This document shows, in pieces, positions 30,750 to 40,370 of a stretch of DNA of 64,000 nucleotides (position 1 is its first letter; each line of letters starts with the position of its first letter). The position numbers were made by a program, and so were the translations under genes. The DNA comes from an uncultured bacterium (lineage in GTDB: Bacteria > Chloroflexota > UBA5177 > JANWHV01): the NCBI GenBank assembly GCA_963729625.1, contig CAVSOU010000011.1, forward strand, positions 448,001-512,000, written 5' to 3'. The notes under the pieces are model-generated. The model worked only from the letters and a program-made list of their open reading frames with translations. It was not told the origin of the DNA and did not search any database.

Positions 30750-31717
30750 GCGAATGCGCTACCTCCAACACTTGGGCCGCTCAGGCCGTCATAGCTCTCA
30801 GGAAGGAGGGTATCGATTGAAAGTCGCGGACGGGCGCCGACGTGCTGTACGACAGCGGCGGCCAGGCCGTTGGCAAAGCGCAGCGCATCCGCGAGCGATC
30901 GGCGCTGGGCAACACCAACGGTGAAGGCCGCGGCGAACGCGTCGCCGGCACCGGTCGTGTCAACCACCGGCACGTCAAGGCCCTGGGTGCTGACATACTC
31001 ATCGCCGCGTGCCGCGGCGCCTCGCCCTCCGAGCTTCCAGACGACGGTGGCCGCATAGCGGCGGAGGAATCGGCTTCCATCCTCGGGATCGTTCGAGCCA
31101 CTGAGAAGAACCGCCTCGGCGTCATTGGCAAAGAGCAGATCGGGACCAATGCGTTCGAGCAGCGCGAGAAACCGCTCTCGGCCGTACGCTCGTAGCGGTC
31201 CCACGGATGAGGTGTCCACGCCGGCGCATCCTCCCGCTTGCCGGCACAGCGCGGCAGCCACGAGCGCCGAGCCGGCCAGAGGGCCTTCAAAGAGCGAGTA
31301 GGCAGGCAAATGCAGACGAGAACCCGGTGGGAACATAGACGGGTCGAGGAAGTCGGGCTGAAGCTGCAGCGCGGCGCCGCGATCGGTGATCATGCTGCGC
31401 TCGCCGCGATCGTCAAGCAGCACGGCAATGGTGGCGGTGGGCGCTGGACAACGCATGAGGTGCGCAACCACTCGTTCGCGATCGAGATCGGCGCGCAGAA
31501 AGCCGGACGCGTAGTCGTCGCCCACGCCGCCGATAAACGAGGAAGTCGCTCCCAGGCGAGAGGCCCAAACCGCCACGTTGGCTGCGGATCCACCCGGCCG
31601 CACGCGGACAACTCCGCGCGCGTCGCTCCCGGCGACCACGTCATGGTCGGGTGCAACAAACACGTCGAGAGCCAGGTCGCCGAGGGCGACAATCGACGGC
31701 CTATTCGCCGCGATCAT
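30746..31717 (-). CDS. PfkB/ribokinase-family kinase (candidate pseudouridine kinase by context)
   Basis: PGGSAANVA, GVGDD, ANDAEA and DTTGAGDAF; coupled to psuG. Confidence 0.85.
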   Translation of the reverse strand: MIAANRPSIVALGDLALDVFVAPDHDVVAGSDARGVVRVRPGGSAANVAVWASRLGATSSFIGGVGDDYASGFLRADLDRERVVAHLMRCPAPTATIAVLLDDRGERSMITDRGAALQLQPDFLDPSMFPPGSRLHLPAYSLFEGPLAGSALVAAALCRQAGGCAGVDTSSVGPLRAYGRERFLALLERIGPDLLFANDAEAVLLSGSNDPEDGSRFLRRYAATVVWKLGGRGAAARGDEYVSTQGLDVPVVDTTGAGDAFAAAFTVGVAQRRSLADALRFANGLAAAVVQHVGARPRLSIDTLLPESYDGLSGPSVGGSAFA

Positions 31718-32144
31718 TGCAGGTTCCGGCACATCGCGATGCCAAGCCTTCATCAGCACGGGCACACTGCGCATCGTTCACCGGCAGGCACCACCCAGAC
31801 ACGGCATCATATCCTCGCGTGTCGCCGCTCTGGCTATCCGACCGCGAAAAACACACAGCACGTGTTCGACTCAGCCGGCGACCCGCATCAATATCATACG
31901 GGCTCGCGACACAGCCGGGATAGTCATTTCCAGGGTCCGAAAATGGCCAAAGGCCCTCCGAGGGTTCTTCAGCCCAAGGTCCCCATGTTCCCAGGGCACT
32001 AGCGTGCTCAGCGATGGGGTGCTAGAATCTGGGCATCAAGCGCTGTGAGCGCGTTGCGCGTCGCGATCCCCGGGCTCGGCCGGCGACCATCGGCGGCACA
32101 CGTTCGAAACCCGAGCTACGCAGCGCGTAGCGGGAGGTGAAGGC

Positions 32145-33377
32145 ATGAGCCTGCGACATCGAGGTGCTGCAGGAGATGTGACGCTTCGTCTGGTCGTAGC
32201 CCTGGTCGTTGCACTTGGCTGGGCGCTTCCCCGCGCGGCTCCAGCACGCGCCGTTCCGGCGCATGCACCTGCGAACAACGTGTATGTCGCGGACTTCACC
32301 GGCTCCTTCAATGCGGGAAACCCGCAGGCGGCGAAAGCATCCGGGATCAGCGGAGGCTTGACGCAGTGGCTGGCGACGTTGCTCGAGCAGAAGTATCCGT
32401 GCGCAACAGTCGATACCGCGGCAGATTATCACGAGCTGCTGAACTGGGAGAGGCAAAGAGAGCTGTTGGGCGGTGAGACGCCCGAGCAGCAAGGACAAAC
32501 GCTCGAGAATATCGCGAAGGATATGGGCAATACGGGTACGTTCGTCTATGGCAGCTACGCGGTAGTGGGCAGCCAGTATACGGTGTTCATCAACGTCATG
32601 GACGCCGCCACGGCGCAGGTAGTGGACCGGCAGATGGCGACCGTGAAGGGCAGCGACGCCAGTGTGATGCTCGTTCTTGTCTCACAGACAGTGGGTAAGC
32701 TCTCCGTGGCGCTGTGCAACGCCCACTGGACCGGCTCGATCACTATCACCACGACAAGCAATACCAGCACGACCAAGCGTGACTCGTACACTCCTATGGG
32801 ACCAAGCGCCGGAAAGAAGAACAAGTCCACCAACACGTCTGCTCATCAGTATCGTAGTGAAACCTCGCTCACGCTGCTGCCCCCTAAACTGTCCCAACAG
32901 TCCGGAACTGCTTCCCCCAGAGTACTGATCTCGCGAGACTACTTTGAGCGCTCCGACGACACGTTCAAGGAGTCCGGGTCGATCTACTGCAACTACAAGT
33001 GGCGACCCTGGAACAAATCGACCGAGGAGGTCCAGACGACGAAAGGCCATGACTTGTGGAAGGACACGATTAGCATCGACCTGGACACCGACACCGGCCG
33101 CTTCGAGATCGGCTACTCCCTGCGCGCCGCAACCGCACAGTATTCGGATGAACAAACCTGGAACTATCCTTCGCCTGACTGCGGCAGCACCAGGGCCAAA
33201 GCACCACCGTCCGACATCCACTCCGTATCGTGGAACGACGACGAGACCGAGGACGTGGATGGCCGCTTCGACCCCAAGCACCCGGATGCCGTACATAGCA
33301 GGGTCGTCACGCACCTCGGCGACAGCACGACGACGACCGTGGTCGACCTCACGCTGGTGACGCCCAAGAAGAGATAG
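32145..33377 (+). CDS. hypothetical secreted protein with an N-terminal TolB-N/CsgG-like alpha/beta domain and a Thr-rich beta C-terminus
   Basis: Signal peptide ending in ARA; the segment ELLNWERQRELLG..IAKDMG..VYGSYAVVGSQYTVFINVMDAATAQVV. The domain call is pattern-based. Confidence 0.6.
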   Translation: MSLRHRGAAGDVTLRLVVALVVALGWALPRAAPARAVPAHAPANNVYVADFTGSFNAGNPQAAKASGISGGLTQWLATLLEQKYPCATVDTAADYHELLNWERQRELLGGETPEQQGQTLENIAKDMGNTGTFVYGSYAVVGSQYTVFINVMDAATAQVVDRQMATVKGSDASVMLVLVSQTVGKLSVALCNAHWTGSITITTTSNTSTTKRDSYTPMGPSAGKKNKSTNTSAHQYRSETSLTLLPPKLSQQSGTASPRVLISRDYFERSDDTFKESGSIYCNYKWRPWNKSTEEVQTTKGHDLWKDTISIDLDTDTGRFEIGYSLRAATAQYSDEQTWNYPSPDCGSTRAKAPPSDIHSVSWNDDETEDVDGRFDPKHPDAVHSRVVTHLGDSTTTTVVDLTLVTPKKR

Positions 33378-34302
33378 CGGTCGGCATGCCGTTGGTGGCA
33401 TGCGCTTCTTCGGTGTGCTTGAGCGAACGTCCGGGAACGAGCGCCTGCGCCTCGGCACTGTCGGGACTGCGCAGCGTGAAGACCGTGATCTCCGGCCGGC
33501 AGTTGAAACGGACGTTGTAGCCGCTGGTCCCCACTCCACGATTCGTGTACTGGTACATATCGCGGATGCGATACAGGCCGATGGTGTAGCGCCTGCCGAA
33601 CGGCTTGCGGGCCACAGGCCCGTAAACCGGCAGGTTGACCTGCCCGCCGTGGGTGTGCCCGGAGATCTGAAGGTCGAAGCGACCGCACGCCGCGCTGCGA
33701 TCGGCGAAGTCGGGCTCATGTGCCAGCAGTATTGCCGCGCCATTGCCGGGCAGCTTCGCAAGCACTTCGTCCAGCCTGTCGAGATGTTCCCACACGTCGC
33801 CCACGCCGGCGACGTGGAAAGTCATCCCCTGCCGCGAGATCGTCAGCATGTCGTTACTGAGGTCGACGATTCCGCTCTCGCGCATGACACGTCGCACCAC
33901 GGCGGGACCGGCCCACTGATCGTGGTTGCCGAGCACGCCCACCGTACCGTCGGTTGCTCGCAGCCTGCTTAGCTCGGCGATGAGGTCACCCGCCACGTCT
34001 TCCGGCGAGCCGGTGACAAAATCCCCGGTGATGGCCACCAGGTGCGGTTGCTGCGCGTTCACGGTATCCACGATCCTGGCCAGCATCGCCCGATCGAGCG
34101 GGTAGCCCATGTGAATGTCGCTGAACTGCACCACGCGGTATCCGTCGAATCGACTGCTCAGGCGAGACAGCGTCAGATCGACATGTTCTACCGCCAGCCA
34201 GCGCGGCTCGATCCGTGTTGCGTAGGCGTAGCCACCTCCGCCACCGGCCGCGGTGCCGCCGAGTCCGGCAAGCCCCAATCTCAGAAAACGGCGTCGTGAC
34301 AT
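33349..34302 (-). CDS. Tat-exported metallophosphoesterase (YkuE-like)
   Basis: SRRRFL twin-arginine signal; SDIH, GDF, GNHD, HEP and GHTHGGQ motifs. Confidence 0.9.
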   Translation of the reverse strand: MSRRRFLRLGLAGLGGTAAGGGGGYAYATRIEPRWLAVEHVDLTLSRLSSRFDGYRVVQFSDIHMGYPLDRAMLARIVDTVNAQQPHLVAITGDFVTGSPEDVAGDLIAELSRLRATDGTVGVLGNHDQWAGPAVVRRVMRESGIVDLSNDMLTISRQGMTFHVAGVGDVWEHLDRLDEVLAKLPGNGAAILLAHEPDFADRSAACGRFDLQISGHTHGGQVNLPVYGPVARKPFGRRYTIGLYRIRDMYQYTNRGVGTSGYNVRFNCRPEITVFTLRSPDSAEAQALVPGRSLKHTEEAHATNGMPTAISSWASPA

Positions 34303-34548
34303 GATTCCGCCATGTGCCATCGTCGGTTGCTGCCAATCTGAAGGTTTGGCCAAGCCAGTCCTGCGCCGACTGACCGTGGGGCCGGTGCGAAATCAGTCCT
34401 GCGCGTACCGTGCATGAGCAGCCGCTCCAGAAATGGTACCGCAGACCGAGCCAAACAGCGCGGCGCTTGCCCTATCCTGGAACGAAGCGTACACTTGAGG
34501 TGTCCTACATACACATATGTGCATACAGGAAATGGGAGGGCTTGGCCG

Positions 34549-35895
34549 ATGGCTGATGGATTTCGTGCCGCAGTCGAGGCGCCGCGTGGTTCGGTAGCTC
34601 TGGCGCCTGCGTTCAACGCGCTCAACAGTCTTTCTTTGCTTCACGCCGTGGAATCGCTGCCCGCGGTCGACGAATGGGTGCGGCGAACGGCCGCCGCGCT
34701 CAGCGTGCCGCAAATCAAGTTGAACCGGGCGATCTTTGATCAGCTGGGCGAGACAGTGCTGATCGGCGACGCCGAACAGGACTTCCCGTCCTATCTGGCC
34801 GCCATGGCGGCACTGCACCCGGCCGATCTGCGGGAGCGGATTCGCGCGCGGGTCGACGCAAACGCAGCGGAGCAGCCATCTGAAGAAGCGGCGGCTCTGC
34901 TGAACGACCCCGTCAAACTGCACGACACGACGATCACGCACTTGCGGGAGCTCTGGGAGCGGTATCTGGCGCCGGAGTGGGCACGCGTGGAGCGGCAGTT
35001 GCAGGCAAGCCTCAGCTACTTGCTCAGTTCGGTGCCCGGTTCGGGCGTGCCGCCTGCTGCAATCATGGAGAACCTCCAGCGGTACATGACTGCTGCGAAC
35101 AGCGGTGACCCGGCAACGCAAAGCATCGTGTTTGTGCCTTCACCGCACACAGGCCGGTATACGACTCGGATCCAGGCCGGCGCATCGCTGTACCTGTTCT
35201 TCGACGCCGCGCTCCACGCGGATCTGCTGATGCGCAATACGCGCGTCTCACAGGCCGAGCTTGTCGGGCGTTTGGGCGCGCTTGCGGAGCCCGCGCGCCT
35301 CCGTGTTCTGACAGCCGTCGCCCAGCACGACGACGTGACGCTCCAGGATCTGATGGACCAGCTGGACACGAGCCAGCCGAACGTCTCGCGCTACCTAAAG
35401 TCACTGAGACCATTCCTCGAGGAGCGGCGCGACAAAGACGGTCGGAAGCGCTATCGGCTCGTACCTGCCCAGCTCGACCTCACGTTCCATGCGCTCAGGC
35501 AGACGGTGCTTGCGGCTCCGGCAGCGGCCGAAGCCCAGGAAGACAAGAAGGCTCCATCGACCGGGTTGGCTCGTTTCCTCGACGGCAAGGGCTCGGTGAA
35601 GCTCTGGCCGGCAGGTGAATCCGACCGCCGCGAGCTCTTGCGATACCTCGCCGACAAGTTCGCCCCCAGCCAGACGTACGGTGAGAAGGAGGTCAACGCC
35701 GTGCTGGTCCTGCATGTGCCGCCGTACGCGCGCGATCACGTGACGGTCCGCCGCGATCTGGTCGACGCCCATTGGCTCGAGCGATCCCACAATGGCTCGC
35801 AGTACTGGCGAGGCTCAGGTGACTCCAGCCAGGCGCGGCTCGTGTCCGATGACGAAGCCTATGCGCGCTACTGGGGTGGCCAAACAGACAGTTGA
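34549..35895 (+). CDS. ArsR-type HTH regulator with an N-terminal helical domain and a C-terminal DUF2087-like domain
   Basis: ALAEPARLRVL..TSQPNVSRYLKSL (ArsR HTH); C-terminal KLWPA..LRYLADKF..YGEKEVNAVL..DHVTVRRDLVD..LER..GSQYWR. Confidence 0.72.
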   Translation: MADGFRAAVEAPRGSVALAPAFNALNSLSLLHAVESLPAVDEWVRRTAAALSVPQIKLNRAIFDQLGETVLIGDAEQDFPSYLAAMAALHPADLRERIRARVDANAAEQPSEEAAALLNDPVKLHDTTITHLRELWERYLAPEWARVERQLQASLSYLLSSVPGSGVPPAAIMENLQRYMTAANSGDPATQSIVFVPSPHTGRYTTRIQAGASLYLFFDAALHADLLMRNTRVSQAELVGRLGALAEPARLRVLTAVAQHDDVTLQDLMDQLDTSQPNVSRYLKSLRPFLEERRDKDGRKRYRLVPAQLDLTFHALRQTVLAAPAAAEAQEDKKAPSTGLARFLDGKGSVKLWPAGESDRRELLRYLADKFAPSQTYGEKEVNAVLVLHVPPYARDHVTVRRDLVDAHWLERSHNGSQYWRGSGDSSQARLVSDDEAYARYWGGQTDS

Positions 35896-36016
35896 ACGGT
35901 GGCCGGCGACTGAGCGTGCCAATACTTCATCCTCTGTCGATGCCCTGGCCACGGAGCAGCCGAAGCTGACCAGTCTGGAAGCCAAGCATAGCGGCTACCG
36001 ACCCGGCGCCGACCAG

Positions 36017-36032
36017 CGTTTCACATGAAACC
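36017..36032. other. canonical-type parS site (candidate)
   Basis: CGTTTCACATGAAACC versus the consensus TGTTTCACGTGAAACA (13/14 in the core); intergenic between convergent genes. Confidence 0.55.
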
Positions 36033-36064
36033 TCTGACCTGATGCCACGGGCGGGCGGCGCGAC

Positions 36065-38581
36065 TCAGTGCTGCAAGCCGTTGACGACTGTTGCGTACTC
36101 CTCGGCGAGTGACTTGGCCGCCTGCTCGCTGCGCGCCTCGGCCACAATATGGAACAGCGGCCGGTCGGCATCGGGCAGCACCAGCACCCAATCTTCACCC
36201 CGCTCGATGCGGATACCGTCGATGTGCCGGCCGCGCTGGCTGCGGAAGTTTTCGTTCAACACGCGCATAACCTTGCCCTTGACTTCCCAGGCGCACTTGA
36301 CGCTTGTCGTGCTCTGGTAGTAGTGCGGCAGCGACGAGACAACCGCGCCAAAGGAGGTGCCCTGCACTGCGAGCAGCTCGAGAATCTTGGCGACCGCGAA
36401 CATACCGTCAAAGCTTGGATGGAAGCGCGGAAAGATGAGGCCTCCTTCGCCGTCGCCTGCGAGCACCACGTTCTCGCCGGTTGCCGCGACCATGATCGCC
36501 TGGCTGTTGGCCTTGGTACGGAGAACCTGCCCGCCATACCGTTCCGCGATCGTCTCCAAAATGCTCGGAGCCGTGGCCGGCACGGCCACCACGAAAGGCG
36601 CCCCATTCCGCTCGACGTTGGTGCTCTCAGACTGAAGCACGAGCGATGCCACGGCGGCCAGCGCCGTCATGGGAGGCACCGCTCGGCCCTGTCCATCCAC
36701 GATGGAGATTCGCTCGCCGCTCATCTCCATACCCACGCCAAGCTCGGTCGGCAGCGCCGCAGTGATGGCTTGAAGCTGCCTGAGCGTTTCGACTGGGTCG
36801 CCCGTTGCCTGCGTCAGACGATTGTCCTCGACACCCGCACTCAGCGCCACAACCTTGCAGCCAAGCTGATCCAGCAGGCCCGGCAATATGCTTGCCGTGG
36901 TCCCCTGGCCATAGTCGATCACCAGGTGCGGGTTCGAGATGGCCACGGCTTCCGCGTCGATAGCGCGGAGGAAGCCCTCGCGATATCGCCATTCGGCCTC
37001 AGGGGCATAGGTGATGAGACCGATCTCGTCGATCTGCGAGCGGCGGAAGTCCTCTCTGAAGAACAGGCTCTCGACCTTCCGCTCCATCTGGCGGTCCGCA
37101 TCGCGGCCGTTTCGGTCGATGAGCTTGACGTCGATCATGCGCGAGTCGTTAAGCGATACGCGCACGTGCGCGGCGCCGAGCACCGATGACACGCGTGTGA
37201 AATAGCGGGCTGCAGGAAGCGGCAGCGACTGCAGATCCAGCACGCTGATGCCCGCGGACGTGAGGCCGGAGATGATACCACGTTTGATCATGCGGGACGG
37301 CCGGTGGAGATCGCGGTTCACGGCAACCGTGGAGTGGATAGGCAAGGTGCCGCCGTAGGCAGCACCAAGCTTGGCAGCGAACTCAGGCACCATGTCGATA
37401 TTCGTGAGCCCGCTTACACCGTTGCGGCCAAAGAGCAGTCGCCGGCCTTGCTGACCGTAGATGATACTGCTTGAGACCGTGGCGCCGGCCTCTACCTGCT
37501 TATTCGGCCAGATCTTGACGTTGGGCCGGATTATCGCCCCGTCTTCTATCGTGCACGCGTCGCCTACCACGGCACCTTCAAAGATCGACACATTGCTTTT
37601 CACGCTGACCTGGCGTGTCAGGAGCGCACCGCGTATCTCCGAGCGCTCACCGACATAGCACGATCGCCAGAGAATACTGCGCTCGATCGTTGCCAGGTTA
37701 TCGACGATGACGTTCTCCAGCAGGACGGATGGGCCGATAATCTCTGCTCCGGGGCCAATCTTCACTTCGTCGCCGAGCCAGAGCGGTCCAACAAGCCGTG
37801 CATCCGGCGCGACGTCCACTCGCTCGCCCATCCAGATGCCGTTGCCCATATCCCTGCCCATGGGTCCCACCTGGACACGACCTTCGAGCACGTCGCGCGT
37901 GGCGCGCGCGTACTCTTCGAGATTCCCGATGTCACACCAGTAGCCCTCGGAGATGTAGCCATAGATCGGATCGCCGTTTCGCATCAGAATAGGGAACAGA
38001 TCCTGGCTGAAGTCAAATGATTGCGAGCTCGGGCAGTAGTTGAGAACTTTGGGCTCGAGCACGTAGATGCCGGTATTGACAGTGTCGCTGAACACCTCGC
38101 TCCAGCTAGGCTTCTCCAGAAACTGGCGCACGGACCCATCGTCGTTGGTGATGACCACGCCATACTCCAGCGGATTAGAAACGCGAGCCAACGTCAGCGT
38201 AGCCATCGCGCCACGCTTCCGGTGATTCTCGATGATCGCGGAGAGATCGTAGTCTGTCAGTGCATCGCCGCTGATGACGACGAAGGTCTCCGTCAGCAGG
38301 TGCTGCGCCTGCTTCACGCTACCGGCGGTACCAAGTGGCACGTCTTCGACGGTATACTCGATCTTCATGCCGAGCTGCGAGCCGTCGCCAAAGTAGCTTT
38401 GAATTGCTCCAGCCATGTACTGCAGGGTTACCACGACCTCGGTGATGCCGTGCCGCTTCAGCAGCAATAGAATGTGCTCCATGACCGGGCGGTTCACAAC
38501 CGGCACCATGGGCTTTGGCCGGCCGACCGTCAACGGACGCAGACGAGAGCCCTCGCCTCCTGCCATCACCACGGCTTTCAT
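36065..38581 (-). CDS. mannose-1-phosphate guanylyltransferase fused to hexapeptide repeats and a phosphomannomutase-like domain
   Basis: [31 protein letters not shown] and YWCDIG; left-handed beta-helix repeats; LFGRNG start of the PGM/PMM domain; [16 protein letters not shown]. Confidence 0.9.
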   Translation of the reverse strand: MKAVVMAGGEGSRLRPLTVGRPKPMVPVVNRPVMEHILLLLKRHGITEVVVTLQYMAGAIQSYFGDGSQLGMKIEYTVEDVPLGTAGSVKQAQHLLTETFVVISGDALTDYDLSAIIENHRKRGAMATLTLARVSNPLEYGVVITNDDGSVRQFLEKPSWSEVFSDTVNTGIYVLEPKVLNYCPSSQSFDFSQDLFPILMRNGDPIYGYISEGYWCDIGNLEEYARATRDVLEGRVQVGPMGRDMGNGIWMGERVDVAPDARLVGPLWLGDEVKIGPGAEIIGPSVLLENVIVDNLATIERSILWRSCYVGERSEIRGALLTRQVSVKSNVSIFEGAVVGDACTIEDGAIIRPNVKIWPNKQVEAGATVSSSIIYGQQGRRLLFGRNGVSGLTNIDMVPEFAAKLGAAYGGTLPIHSTVAVNRDLHRPSRMIKRGIISGLTSAGISVLDLQSLPLPAARYFTRVSSVLGAAHVRVSLNDSRMIDVKLIDRNGRDADRQMERKVESLFFREDFRRSQIDEIGLITYAPEAEWRYREGFLRAIDAEAVAISNPHLVIDYGQGTTASILPGLLDQLGCKVVALSAGVEDNRLTQATGDPVETLRQLQAITAALPTELGVGMEMSGERISIVDGQGRAVPPMTALAAVASLVLQSESTNVERNGAPFVVAVPATAPSILETIAERYGGQVLRTKANSQAIMVAATGENVVLAGDGEGGLIFPRFHPSFDGMFAVAKILELLAVQGTSFGAVVSSLPHYYQSTTSVKCAWEVKGKVMRVLNENFRSQRGRHIDGIRIERGEDWVLVLPDADRPLFHIVAEARSEQAAKSLAEEYATVVNGLQH

Positions 38582-38931
38582 CTCTCTGCTCCCCAATACT
38601 CGCTTTGCTCGTTCAGCACGAGACATCACGAACCACTGACCAGGCGCGGTGTCAATTCAGCTCAGCATACAGCTTCGAAGCGCCGTGGACTCACACCAGT
38701 CACGAGCCCTCTTCTCGTTCCTGCAGTTCAGGCAACGTACTCCAGGACAAACCTATCCTAGATCACATCATAGCAGTGCTCCGGGTCAAGAGACCGGTCC
38801 TCGCCACGAGGAAACGGACATCGACGTGTCGCGTTTGCCGTTTCCTCAGCGCCAAAGAGCCGCTCTAGCTATACTGCCTTCAAGGATGCAATCTCTGTCG
38901 CGCAGTGCTATCAGTAAAGGTGAGGAGGCCC

Positions 38932-40227
38932 ATGACCACTAGGATCGAGCCCGATGCCACCGTATTCGTCATTCTGTCGTTCGAGGGGCCGGACATCTAT
39001 TCCCAGGCCGGTGGACTTGGCGTACGCGTGACCGAGCTCGCCGACAGCCTGGCGGATCAAGGCTATCAGACCCATCTTGTCTTTATCGGAGATCCTGCGC
39101 TGCCCGGCGAGGAAACGCTGCACGATGGCAAGCTGCACTGGCACCGCTGGAGCCAGTGGATCAGCAGTTACTATCCCAACGGTGTGTATCAGGGCGAAAA
39201 CGATAAGGTACGAGACTACAACGAGTCCGTGCCCGCGTGGGTTGTCGAGCACATCGCTAAACCGGCCGAGGCAGAAGGAAGACTGCTGGTCGTGCTCGCC
39301 GAGGAGTGGCACACAGCCCATTGCGCGTGCCTTCTCAGCGACCAACTGCACGCAGCGCACCTTCGCAGCAAGTCGGTGATTCTGTGGAATGCAAATAACG
39401 TGTTCTCGTTCTGGCGCATCGACTGGGGACGCCTGGGTTATGCCTCTACTATTACGACCGTTAGCCGGTACATGAAACACCGGATGTGGCAGGAGGGTGT
39501 GAATCCTCTTGTCATTCCAAACGGCATACCTGAACGCGCGCTGAATCCTGTGGATGCCAAGCAGCATGCTGCCCTCGCCAAGGTTTTCGGCGATCGCTTC
39601 CCCCTCTTGAAGATCGGGCGCTTCGATCCCGACAAACGCTGGATGATGGCGGCCGAGGCGGTGGTGCAGCTAAAGCGCATGGGCGTGCCCGTCCTCTGGC
39701 TGATGCGCGGAGGACTCGAGCCACATGGACGCGACGTGCTGAGCTATCTCACCTGGTCCGGGATGAATGTCGCGCACGTCACGTCTCCCGACAGACGTCC
39801 GTCAGTCCAGGACTGCGTTAAGCTGGTCCATCAGAACTTGCACGCGGACGTCCTTAACCTGGCATTTTTCCTGCCGGAAGAATTCGTGCGGCTGCTTTAT
39901 GCGGGTGCTGCTGCCACCATGGCCAACAGCGGCCACGAGCCTTTTGGCCTGGTTGGCCTTGAGGTCATGGCGGCAGGGGGCGTGGCCGTGGTCGGCAGTA
40001 CCGGGGAGGACTACGCGATCTCGCTGCAGAATACTCTCGTAACTGAGACATCCGATCCCGGTGAGCTTGTCGAGTATCTGCTCGAGTTGCGGCGCAATCC
40101 CACCCTTGCCGGCAGGCTCCGTACGGCCGGGCGTCACACCGCCACGGAGTTTGTCTGGCCAAGGGTCCTTGAGGATCTGCGCGTCAAGATCGAGTATCTG
40201 GCTAGACGCCAGGGCGCTATCGGCTAG
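38932..40227 (+). CDS. glycosyltransferase family 4 (GT-B)
   Basis: AGGLG, VIPNGI, GRFDPDK and HEPFGLVGLEVMAAG (ExxxxxxxE); GAGGAGG RBS. Confidence 0.87.
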   Translation: MTTRIEPDATVFVILSFEGPDIYSQAGGLGVRVTELADSLADQGYQTHLVFIGDPALPGEETLHDGKLHWHRWSQWISSYYPNGVYQGENDKVRDYNESVPAWVVEHIAKPAEAEGRLLVVLAEEWHTAHCACLLSDQLHAAHLRSKSVILWNANNVFSFWRIDWGRLGYASTITTVSRYMKHRMWQEGVNPLVIPNGIPERALNPVDAKQHAALAKVFGDRFPLLKIGRFDPDKRWMMAAEAVVQLKRMGVPVLWLMRGGLEPHGRDVLSYLTWSGMNVAHVTSPDRRPSVQDCVKLVHQNLHADVLNLAFFLPEEFVRLLYAGAAATMANSGHEPFGLVGLEVMAAGGVAVVGSTGEDYAISLQNTLVTETSDPGELVEYLLELRRNPTLAGRLRTAGRHTATEFVWPRVLEDLRVKIEYLARRQGAIG

Positions 40228-40370
40228 AGGCATGGACCACATCGCACATAGAACTGCCGGACACCTTGGGGTCCACGATGCGTCGCGCGCGTCCTTGGCG
40301 GGCCGCTGCCTCGGCGCATGCCGGCGGTCGGCATCAGGAGCGCACGAGCGTGCGCTCGGGAGGAAGGCAT

